Assembly (NCBI GenBank): GCA_036172245.1
Contig: JAYWIR010000006.1
Span: forward strand, 5,890,001-5,954,000
Reading direction: 5' to 3'
DNA length: 64,000 nt
DNA from: Raillietiella orientalis
Lineage: Eukaryota
In this document: in pieces, positions 24,201-36,200 of the stretch
How positions within the stretch are numbered: the first letter of the stretch is position 1
Layout: each line of letters opens with the position of its first letter
Translations under genes and position numbers: made by a program
Notes under the pieces: generated by a model
What the model saw: the letters and a program-made list of their open reading frames with translations, nothing else
Databases searched by the model: none
What the model was told of the DNA's origin: nothing

Positions 24201-27200
24201 TCCCCCACGACCCGAAAGATCTCCCCGCGAAGAGGGCGTCGGTGTCCCCGCCGGTCTGCCAGCACCCTCCTCGTTCCTCGGAGCTGTCGGAAAATAGAAA
24301 GAGAAACAAAAAACAATGTTCTTTGTTCCCCCCCCTCCTGTTCCTCTCCGCCCCTTCCGGTCGACGAAGCCCTCCCCGGGCCGCGGTGGAGGCTGCGCAC
24401 CTCTCCCCCGTCTTACACGCGGTTTGTTTACAGCCCTGCTGATCGGCACGCTGCGCACGGAGCAGAAAGCCGCCTGCGACGACCAGTGGCTGACCATCAG
24501 CTGTCCTCCGACCACCATCATCTCGATCGTTCTGGTTCACTACGGACGCAAGTTCATCGCATCCGAGTCGGCTGCCCCTGGGGACGTTCTGTGCTCCCCT
24601 GGAGCGCTCCTGAGCCGGGAGGCGCTGCTGGAGTACAACAAAACATGCCTCAGCGTCGCGGCTTCCAAGGTCAGCGGAGGAAGGAAGGGTCGGGAAGGGG
24701 GGGGGAAGGTGGTGGGGAGGAGGAGGAGGCACTGGAAGAGGCATTCCTGCGCGCCCCCTCGCGACCTTGGTTTGTCTGTGAGAAGGAGCCAAGTCTTTCC
24801 GGTGGTGTTGACCGGAGCAACCGCCCGCGCCCGGAAGCGCGCACACGGCCGGCCCTTTCTGCTTCCCTCCGGTAGGCCCCGGCGACAGCGGCGGTTCCTC
24901 CTCGCCGCCACCTCCGCTTGCGAGGGCGCGGGAGGTTGGGGCTCTCCCTGACCCGCGAATAGGCACCGCGCGTGCAAGAGGAAAGCTCCGGGGGGGGGGG
25001 GGGGATCGCCAGCCCTTCGCCCACGAAGAGGTGCGTCTTGCCACTTCCTGTTCCCAAGCAGGAGCGGAAGGGAGGGACGCTGCCGCCCCGGACGAGGATG
25101 CCCAAGAGCGTGGCCTCGACTGCAGAAGCTAGGGGACGCGGGCAGGTGCGGTCGAAAATGCTCCACCCTCCTTCCCTCTCCTTCGCCCTGGTCAAGGGAG
25201 GTGCCTGCCGGGACTTCGGCGCGGACGAAGATCATTCGAGGTCCGGAAGCTGCCAAGGCAGAATAGCTCGAGCACCGCTGGTGCGAAGCCGCCTTTCGCT
25301 CAGCGGTGACTTCGAGGCAAAGGCAGGCCGGACACCGTGTCCTCGCACGCGCTCGTACGGCGCCCGCCGAGTGCGTGGCGCACGTAGCAGGTGCAAGAGG
25401 GCGTGGTGACTCTCCCACTTCCCGATCCTGGTAGTGGGGAGGGAGGTAGGGATCCTGAAGGGAGGCTGGCAGCGAAGCGAGAGGGGAGCGCCTCCAGAGG
25501 AGCCAAAAAGAGGATGGCGGTCGAGGGTCTCGCTACCGGCATCCCCAGAGGGCTGCGAAGGATGTGGAGGGCATCCTTGGAAAGAGGGAAGCCGGAGCGT
25601 TTGACTTTGCCTCCCGCCGCCGCTCTACTCCAGCTTAGGAGGGAGGGATCGCTCTCTGCACGTTCCCGCGACCCGTTGCCGCGGAAACAGGCTCTTCTTG
25701 CCCGAGGTGTCCTCCCTGTCAACGGCCGAGGATCCGCTCCTCTTCCTCTGCGGCCAGTGGATCGGATCGCTGGATCTCCCCAACCTTCCGTCTGGAAGTC
25801 TTTTCCTCGTGGGAAAGGATAGGGGAAACTTCCAGGAACTCGCCTCGTGCAGCTGGCGGACCTTCGTGCGCCGGCGGCGGAAGGGCAGACGGAAACGCAA
25901 GGAGCGAGGCCGGGAGCCTCGAGGAGAAGCCCGCTTAGACCGGGAAAAGCGGAACGCCTCTGGCCCACGCACCTTCTCGTGCGACAGAAGAACCTGCGCC
26001 CGGAGGTGCCGATGCAGCTGCCGCGTCTTCGCGCAGTTCCCTGGCTTCCGGGACCGGTAGGCGCTGGAGAGATTCCCGAGATGCCACGACAACGCTGGTA
26101 GACGCATTCCGGGATTCCGGTCCCCGCAGAGGACCTTCGTCTCCCTCTTCTCCCAGTTCGGGCCCGGGCCCGGCAGCTCGTCTTCCCGATTGCTCGCCCG
26201 GGACCGGGGGAGGGCCAGGGCGCGAGGTGTGTTCACACCGGCGCCGCACGTCTCGGCGTGCACGTCCGTCCCGGCTTCCGGCTCCCGCGCCGAGCGGCAG
26301 GCGACGCTCCCGCGGATGGGGGGAAGAGGGAATCCCCTTCGGAGTGGGTATCATCCCCCCCCCCCCCCGTGATTTATCGGCTCCAGACAGCTGCAGCTGC
26401 TCGCGCATGCCGGAGGCTTTCTCTTTCCTCCTCTTCCTCGGTCCCGCCGTTTCCGTCCGGAGCGCTCAGGCGGGGGTCACAGTCTCGCACCGATGGTCGG
26501 CTGGAAGGGAGAAAGGGGGATGGGAAAAAAAGACGGAGAAAGTCGCCGGATCCTCCTTCTCTCCTAGGATTCACCACTAGGAGCAGGTGCGAGGAAGGGA
26601 GGGGAGAGAGGGGAGGAATCCATCGTCAAATTCCTAAGCAGGACTTCGGCTCCAGCCGTTTGACGTTGGCTTGCTCGAGATCCCTCGGCACCCGTTGGCG
26701 TTCCAGAAGGCGACCTGCGATCTCTCCTCCCCGTTCTCTGAGAACCCTTCCCGGAGATTCCCAGGTCCCCCAGGGCAGCAGCCCCCAAGACCGGCCTGCT
26801 TATCAGTCGGGCCTTCCCGAAGAACCGAGCGCAACCGAGCCGTCTGACGGGACGAGGTCGGTGGCATCCCTGGTCAATCTTCTCTCCTCCCTGGAGCGAG
26901 AGCTCTCTTGACTCCTCCGCATCCTGGTCGCCGCCTTCAGCGCTCCTTTTCCTGCCTCGCAGTCAGCGAAGACCAGGGAGAACGTCAGGAAGAACCGCCG
27001 GTGAGGACACCTCACTTAACCTTTGGTCTGCCCTCGTCCTTCGGACGCACTCCTACGTGACTGAAGGCAACAGCAGCCAGAGCTCGCAGATCGCCCCCCC
27101 TCTTTCTCCCCCTCTCCCTCCTAGCGGGAGACGCGCTCGGTGTGGAATTTTCCAGGCGATCCAAAGCCTGTCGGCACGAAAGCCACTGCGCGAACGCAGC

Positions 27201-30200
27201 CACGGGAGGGCATGGTGATGGCTCTGGAGAGCTTGGAGTGCAGAGAAGGGTGAAGACGCTAGCCTGAACATCTTCGAGGAGCCGTCCCTCGCCCCGTGGT
27301 TTTCGGACGCCGTCGGGCACGGGACTGCGTCCTGCTGCTCGAGCAACCTGCGACACCACATCCGACTTACTGGAAATCGAAGCGTAGCGCGTGCAGGGCG
27401 GGGTGGCGGTGATACCTCAGTCCTTCCGGAAGGTTCCTCGATCTGGGATGCGGACGCGAGCTGGCGTCTCCTAGGGAACGGGTTTTCCTCTTCGAACGGG
27501 ATCCTCGCAGCATCCCTGCGGATCATTCGATCTCGACGTCGCCTTTTGCTGATGCCGGGGAGCGGTTGCCGCCGGCAAAAGGCGACGTCAGGAGACGTTC
27601 CTGTCATCTAATTCAGCGACGGGTCAGCACTTGTTGGTCACTCGACCGTCCCTGCCAATGCTCGATGCTCCTGTGGCCCCGTCCCATCATCCCACCGCTG
27701 CCAGCATCCAACAGCCAAGCCGACCCGTCCGCTTCCTTCAAGTGGCGAGGGGGTGTCGGGGTTCTTGTACACACGCAGCTTCCGTGCGCTCCTGAAGTCG
27801 GCACCGATGCACGCGATTCTTGGATTGCCTGGTTTTCCGATCCATCCGGGAAGAGAAGGCAGGGCGAAGATCACGCAGCACAACAAGTGGAGAGAGCATC
27901 GTCGCGCGCTGCACAAAGTGCTGAGCTCTAGCGAGCGAAGTTGGCAGCCAATCCGCGTGCCAGGACGGAACCACTCCGGCACCGTTCCCAAAGGATCAGT
28001 CCTCTAGCTGGCCATAGACTAACTCTTGATTGGCAGTATACCCGCCGGGATCCTTCCGGGAATCAGGGAGCCCTTCCCTGTCCGGTGGTGGAAATGGGGT
28101 CGCACCATGGAAGTGGTCAATATCACCCTCGGGACTGCCGCTCGGGAGTGGCGGAAACCAGGAGCGGATCATTCCCGAGTTCCCTCCAGAGAAGAAACCA
28201 AAGAGCATGAGCAAGACGAGATTCCCTTGGGGGTTTCCTCTGGAGGCGACCAGGCCGAGGGCTCCCTTCGCGTTTCCCCTACCAAGCGTAAGAAGGATTC
28301 AGACTCTTTCCTTCGGAGCCTTCCCGAAATGGCTACCAAGGCCTTTTTCTGCCGGAAGAGACTTCAGGGGTCATTAGTCGAGAAAGCAAAAGTCCTTCTC
28401 GACCAAAGTCCTCGTTCCTCCTTCCCAACATCCCCGTCCGCCCTTCTTCCTTCTCACGACTCTTCCATTTCCAGATCGTCGAAGCGAGGTGCCGAGAGAA
28501 GCGGCAGTGCCAGTTCTTAGTGGGTCACAAAATATTTGGTGACCCGTGCCCGGGCCTCAGAAAGTACGCCGAGATAGCGTACAAGTGCAGACCAAGTAAG
28601 TAGGAGTCGCAAGAGTCTCCCTGAGATTGTGTGACTGAGAGTGTTGGTCTTTCCCTTTCGACTGGGAAACCGGGTCGGGGAAGCTCGTCAGCAAGTAGAG
28701 AGCGAAAGGGTGAGTCGTTGCCTCCGGCAGCCTGCAGGCAACATGTCTTCGTTTGGTTGAACGCGGGTGCTCGTGCGGCTGTGGGGACTGCAACATGCGG
28801 GTCGTGAAGCATCCCAGCCGTCAGCGGGTGCCCAAGCTCCGTAAGGAGGAACTTTCATCCTTTCCGGCCTCCAGCCCCACGATCGTCCGACAAGCACGAA
28901 AAGGGAGGTTCTGGCCATCGTGCGTGCCATCGAGACGCCCGCTCTGTGAACATCCCGTGGCGATTCGGATTCGCTTCCTCAGCTTCGGAAACTGCTGAGC
29001 TCAGTGCGAGATGTCGACGGAGTAACCAGTGCCAATAGTCATCACTCTGGTTCCCTAAGACTCGGCGTTCGCTCATCGCGTGCTTGGGTTCACCCCTGCA
29101 GCATGTTTCCAGCACATGAAAGCTTCATTCACATCCAGCGTCTTTCGGGAAGCCTCAAAGCCTCACAGGCTGCGGGTGTAGATGCCCATCGTTCCATAGG
29201 CATCCATTCCAACGTCTCCTCGAGTGAAACTCTTGGAGCACAATGAGGGAAGCGTTCCTGGGAAGAAAACAGGGAATTCACTGGTTGCCTAACGCACTTC
29301 GTGCCCGCTAAAAACCGTCTTCGCCAGCTCCCCTGCAACGAGAGGCTTCCCAAATGTAGGTGGCGGTCGAAGGTTCCCACTGCCACTTGAGCATCGTCTG
29401 CCTTCTTTTCCCTCTTTGAACGCCATTCTGAACCTACAACACACAAAAATGAACCGTGCCAGCAGACTCTGATGACACGTGGAATGTTCTTAATAGAGTC
29501 AGTGGCCCCTGAATCAGGGAACCATGATGATGACTGCTGTCAGTGGTCACCTGACTACAACTCGCACTCCGTTCCGCTGTTTCCAAGACGGCGGAAACCA
29601 GTGCGAATGCCTCCACTGGAAATGTGTTGGTTGTCAAGTCAATGCTGCCCCCATTCGGGAACTTGAACTTGCGGCTTGCCTTCTCTCTTGGAAGAGCTGT
29701 GACCAAAGAGGACGTAGAGGAGCGCGTTTCGGTATTTCGGCGGCGACCTCTTTCTTCTCCTCAGCCAAGGGCCACGCTAATTGCGCACTGCTCTCTGTCG
29801 CATCTGCTCGAGATCCAAACATGTCGATCTTAGGCATCAGAGAAGAAACTATTGGGGCATCTTTCTTTCTCGCACCGCTCGCTGATGAACTTTCCCGCTT
29901 TTACGGAAAGCAAGAGACCGGCCACCTCATCCTTTGGGCGTCTTTTGCCAATCATCTGGAGCAATCGATCCTTCGGCTTCAGGTTTGGGTGTGGTCCTGG
30001 GACCTCAAGGCCTTCTGCTAAAGCCGCTATCAAGTGGCTGTCTGTTAGCACGTGCGGCGCGCTACACAGCAAGGCTTCGTGAAATCAGCATTACTGCAGC
30101 CGCAGATGGCGGGTCAGTGCTGCCAGCGGTGATAGCAACGCTCCTCTTCCGCACAAGCAGAAGCTGAAAAAATTACTATGACAGGCGTTAGGGGCTCCAA

Positions 30201-33200
30201 AGCGGTGCATTCAGTTCTTGTTCCCCTCCCCCCAATGCAGGGGGGGCTAGGGGACTGGCTTCAGAAACAACCTGGAAATTGCAAGCACTCTGCCAGTCCG
30301 GATTTCCACGGCTGGAGGAAAGGGAAAATGACATAGACATCCATGCTGGCAGCGAGCTAACTGAAGACATGCACGCGTCCAGTGCATCTGGTTCCGTGCT
30401 TCCGAATGGTTGGCCGACTGCCAAGCCACTCTACAGTTCCAGCCGATCCGGAAGCCATTCGATGGAGGAGATGAGACGGCGGTGCACTGACCAATAACCA
30501 TCCCCTCCTCGCCGGCATCTATGGTGCAACTCACGAGAATCGTCCGCGATGATGCGGAATTCTCTTTCGCGCGGCATTCAGGTGGTCATTCTCCGCCATG
30601 ACTGACTCAACGCTGCCTTAAAAAAAAAAAGAGTGCTACCTCTACGGCTAAGGCAGACACGTGAAAAGCGTTAGCATTCCGCAAGAGAGAGAGAGAGAGA
30701 GGAGATTCGAGAAGCTCCCCAAAGTCAGTTGCATCGGACGAACAAGAGGTTTTCGGTTCGGGCGGCCAAGCCTTTTTTCAGCTCTGCAGCCTTTTTTGCA
30801 TTTCCAGGAGAGTCTTTCCTCTTTTTCTTGGGCCATGCCCCCAGCAGACCAGAAAGGGAACTCTGAGGGGGGGTCCCTAAAGACAACTAAGAGTAGGCCG
30901 AGGATGCCCACTGAATTGCGCCAAAACGAGCTGCTCTTTCGCGGAGAAGCATGAAAGCTTGGGAGGTTGCTGCTGGGCTCCTGGTTTTGGGGTGCACCGG
31001 AGAAGAGCCACCGGGGATTGGCCTCTCGCAGTTCTGAAGCGTGCCAGAAAGCTTCTCCCGTGGGGCTCGTCCGAGGGCACCCTGATGATCCGCGGTAAAT
31101 CAAACCCATCCAAGGACGTCTCCCAAGACGTCAGCATAGCGAGCCGGAACGGGAATCGGGATGCACTGCAAGACGCAAACGTTATCGGCCTCCGATTTCG
31201 GCCTGGAGATGGACCAGCGGTTGTACGGACAGGAATATCAACGAAAGCGACCTTTCGTTGGTGATTGGCCAATTCCGCTCTCTCGTCTCCGAGCTCTGCA
31301 TAAACGAGGCCGTCCTTCCTCCCGCAGCTCTTGGCGGGCCGCTGCAGAGTGCATCTCGGGAAAGCCCTTCCCCCCTTCACCTGAATGCCGATCCGCTTAA
31401 AGGGCGATCAGTCTATCGAGAGAGTCCCTGAGCACACAGGTCACCCTCTTCGGAGATTATCTAGCGGTCGTTGCGCAATCGTCCTCCCAGAATCGTTCGC
31501 GCCGGCTCAAAAACACGGCGGGTATCTCCTGCCTCGGGTGATTTTGACCTGCAGGCTTCGTGAGACACTGATAGCCCAAGCGGGAAATTAGCGCGCTCGG
31601 CTGATCTCTTCGTGATCGGCCGTCGACTGGCACCAGAAATTCCCGATCACGATTTCTTCATTTGGCCCCCGGTTCATTCGGCAAGGGTGGAAAGTTCCAG
31701 ACGTTTTCCCGGACCTTTCCATCGGGAGCGACCTTGAATGTAGAGCGGCCTTTGCATCTTAACTCGACTGGATTCTGCTTTCGCCGAGATCCTTCTGAAA
31801 AAGGGTCCATTGCGTCCGGCACGCCTAACGTCCGGCTTCCCCCAGAGTAGCTCACCCTAACACCCGAGTCTGCGCAAGGCGCGACTCGGGTGCGACGAGT
31901 TTTTCTGGTGGAAGCCGGACGTCCCCGTTGACTGACCGGGATCGGAGGTGGACCCTCTTCCTGGAATCAAGTAGACGGTTGCTCCCCTTTGTGCTTTCCC
32001 TCCGGTTGCGAAAATGGGACCCTACCATGGAGCTGAGCAAGGCGCAGCTGCCAGTCTCCTGGAAACACGCGACGCGGTTCCGAGAAATCCAAGATCGCCC
32101 GGAAGCTAAGGTCGCACTGCACTCGTAGGCACCTGAGAGGACCCTCTGGAGTTCCTCTCAGGAATCAAGGAGATGGTTGATTCCCCTTGAGGCTCCCTCC
32201 CAATCGTAAGAGGAATGCACCTTCTCACTCGAGAAAGCTGACGATAAGAGTATCGGGAAATCTTTCCAAAACCAGAGGTTCAAGATAAGAAACTTTTCAT
32301 CTTGGCAACGGACCAGTGGCTAGAGATGCACCCGAATGGAGCGTGGAATTGGGAGAGCGTCTTGCAGCTACGACGTCCGATGGTCGGATGGTGAAAATAG
32401 AGGCCACTCTCGGGCTGGTCCAGAACTTGTGAGGGAACGCCAAAGAATCTTTTTGCTTTCTGGTGGGACAACCATTTCCAAAGATGAAGTTGTGCTGTGC
32501 CTATTCTTCTTCCTAAGGGAGCTTTCCCCATGTTTCAATTCAGAATGCCAGGATCCTAGTAAGCAGTAGCTGGTGTACATGATGGAGTGGTGAGAGCGGA
32601 ACTTCTCAGAGCATTCTTTTGTGTTCCCTGCATTCTCCGTAGGTTTCGTCTTACCTCACCCTAGCAACCGGAACCGTGTGAATGAAAGGTGTAGCTTCTC
32701 CCTGTAGGGACGTCCATAGGAGCTGCTCTCTCTCTTCGAGAAATGCACGAGATCGCACGGTTCTGGGCGGAAGAGAAAGGAGGAACTTCGGACACGGACT
32801 CCTTCCTCCGTGGCCTTCCTGGATTCATAGGGTGGCCCCTCCAGGGTTGAAGGGTTAACACGCACCTCCGGATGGCGTGGACAATGCTTAAAGAGCTTCG
32901 TAGGCCTCCCCACCCTCCCCTGAGGAGGCGAACGGTTCCTGAGTACTCAGCGAAACGACTCAGAAGATGAACAGACCCAGCTCATCTGACCTATTTGTTC
33001 CAGCCCTTCTGGCTTCGCATGGTCATCAGCACCGTTGATGCTCTGCCAAGGATCACCGGATTTTTTTTTACGACTCCAGCAGGGCAGCGTCCGCGGCTGG
33101 GTGGCTCCTGGAGGTTCTTGCGCTTCACGGCACCAGAGTGCGCGTGCGCGGAGCGCGCCGGGAAACGGGGAGGCCTCCTTTCCGGTGCCCGCGAGCACAG

Positions 33201-36200
33201 CGCGACCTTAGTTCCGGACGATCCTAGATTTCGCGGAGCCGCGTCGCGTTCGTTTCCGGGAGACTGTCAACCTCACCTCACTCCACGACCGGCGAGGCGG
33301 CGGCTGATTCTTCAAACTCTCCCGGCATCACTTTCGATCTTCGAGCATCCTTCATCCGGTTCGTCACCCGAAGATTTGTGTTCCCTGAAAAAACTATTAA
33401 TTCTTGTACCTTCTTGAATGAATGATAAATGAAGAAGCGGACAGCATCGCATAGCTCTCCGGCTTTTTAGGGTAGCAGCTGACGTGCACCCACGGTCAAG
33501 TCACCAAGGAAACGCTCGGGAACAACAGCAGCAGCAGGCTCGTGCTGCTCCGGTCGAGTTATTTTCATCGGGTTGTTTTCTTGCGTGCTCTTCCAATTTC
33601 CGGGAATACTTGATAGTGGAAAAGCTCAATAGTGCGGACAGGATTCCGGGATCGAGTGCATCTCAAAATGCCCCGCCAGAAGAACGCGCTTTCGCAAATT
33701 CGGGCAAACAAGTCGACGCCCAAAGAGATGCCGAAGTCTTAGAGGATTTCCAGAAACACCAAGTCTTCACCCCTCTGTTTCACTGCTGTTGTTGTTGTTG
33801 TTGAATTTGTTTCCGAGAGTCCGAGGTGCTTCCAGATTTAGGTGTGCAATCAGATGTTTGGTACTGGACTCGACCAGCGGCCAGGGAGGAGGCGCGGACG
33901 CCGGTGAAAGTTGCACCTGTGGCAGCTTCGTTTCGAAGTGGCACTGGTCGCGCGGATGCTCCGAAGCCGTGAGCTCCCGCGGGGCGCAGGGAAGTCACAT
34001 GACCGGCGCGCGCGTGCGCGCGTTTCGGCCGACTTCGCGGTCCGAGCGGCGCGGGTGGGAAGCCAAAAAAAAAAAAAAGGGAGGGTGAGAGTCGCACGGG
34101 CTGCTGCTGAAGGTCTCAACGCCGCCGAGTGGTTGACTTCTCTTTTTCTTCGGCGCGCGGTCTCTCCGCTCCAGTCTGACCCCTGTCGGCGGCGTCCCGC
34201 TGGTGGCAGGTTGTCCCCTGGCGAAGACGCTGTTTCCCAGAACGCCGTCGCCAACGTAACCACTGCACCTGACGTCTGATTCCAGAGTAAATACTTGCGG
34301 ACTGGATTTTTTCTGGATCTTTGGATTTCCGGCAGAATGCCGAAGGTGTCTCTTCGCGTTTAGAGGAACGCGACGAAGTCGCGCCTTTCCTCCCGTGGCG
34401 CTGAGCGAACTTCCCTTGCGAACAATCCGCACGTAATGCTCGCTCGGCAAAAACAAAAAAAAAGGGAAGAGGAGGGGGGGGGGGAGAGTGGGGACCGGGA
34501 CAGCAAGCGGGCGCAGGAAACGGAAAGTAGAAACACGAGGCGAGGCGAGGCGAGGCGAGGACGCGCGTGATTTGTGGGGCAGCTAGCGAACGATGCCCGA
34601 TGACGGGAACGCCGAGCCGGGCTGCACGTGCGCGCCGCGGTCTCTTTAAGCCCGCAACGCACGGGTTTGCGGGGGCGTCTGCAATCCCAGACTTTCACGG
34701 GAGGGGAAAGGGGAACACCGGAGTGAACCTTCCGGTGGCGTTCGGCGAAAGAGGGGCGAAAGAGGGGAAGCACTCGGGCTTGACTTTCCAGGAGCGATCC
34801 CCCGTTCCTTTCCCTCGAGGGACAGCTCGGAACTGTTCGCATCAACGCGATCCAGAGCGCGAAAGGGGGATCATCCTTCTCCTGGCAAAATGGGGCACGA
34901 CAAGAAATGTACGGTGGTGACCTGGCGAAGTGGCGCGCGAAGTTTCTTCTGAAGTTTCTTTCTTCTGTGGGTGCGGAACGACGGATCAGGATCTTCTGAG
35001 AGGATCGTCGGGGCTTTTCGAAGGTACTAAAGGAGAGGATGCAGACTACCTCGGGAAGAAGCCACTGCTCCTTGATCTCCTTCCAGTCCCGCCCGGACCG
35101 ACATCCGCCGCACACGTCATCTTTTGGTAGAGGTCGCAACCTCTCTGAGCGTTTCAAAGTGGGGCCGCGTGGCTATAAAGTCCGGCGGAACTGGTCGGAG
35201 ATGCTCCGAAGCTGTGAGTGTCCGCGGAGCATCGGAGGTCACGCAAAGGGTGACCCAGACAAGCACGGAAGAGCCTGCCATTAGAGGGGATTGCTGGTGA
35301 TACCGATCTAGAGTCAGCCAAGCTTCAGAACGGCTGGTCAGCTACCCCAAGGGCCTTAGAGCTAAAAGACCTTGTTAGCTGACCTGCGGACCCAGACCGC
35401 CTCTCGATTTTGCGCACCTTTTTGGCGGGCCGAGTCACTCTCCGGGAAGAAGACCTGACCCACGCCTTCCCATTCCGTGACCCGACGTTTCCGCCGGTCT
35501 CAAGTTCCTGCAGCGATTGGAGGGTTCCCACTCCGGTCCGGGAAGAAGCGAACTCTCTCCTGCGAGGGTGCATTCATCGCTTCAGGAGAAAAAGTCCCCT
35601 CTGGAAGGGTAAAAAAAGGGCAGGGAAGCGATGCATGGCAGCCACTCGAACTCTTGGGAGAGGGCACTGAAGTTGCTTACAGGATGTGACCAACGCGAGC
35701 GCCCGAAGACAGCCTTGGACGGTTGCAGCTGCATCAAGAGAAACTCAGCAGGCGGAAGAGTGGGCGGCCCGCATCCCTAGCCTCCTCAATCTTACAGCTC
35801 GCGCGACGGGAAGGATGTGCTCTCCATCCGGGAAGAACGCGCCAGCGTTCGTCCGGGGAGCTCGTGTCTTAGAGTCCCGTTCCTTGGGAAGCATTCTGTC
35901 CAGGTCTGGGACGGAAAAGCCTCCCTCTTCTCCGTTTCCCCAATCCTGCACCAGTGCCGCTGTAGATTAATGGGTCCTGCAGCCGTAGCCGTCGGGGGAA
36001 GGCCGTCCGGGAAGGCGGCGTGCTACACGCCGCCTTCCCGGACACGCTGACGGTTCGCCCAGAGCCACAGCCTTTCCGGGCAGCAGCGTGGAGATCATGG
36101 ATCTCGCGCTGCAACCTCAGGACCCGTCCTCTTCCTCCACTTCCCGTTCTGGATGCCTCTGTCCGCCAGCTGCGCTCAACTGACAAAGCCGCCCGTCTCC

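Noticed and set aside
26660..26730. Minus-strand VAFWNANGCRGISSK resembling the start of a LINE AP-endonuclease
   Set aside because: A single short motif with no further endonuclease motifs seen.
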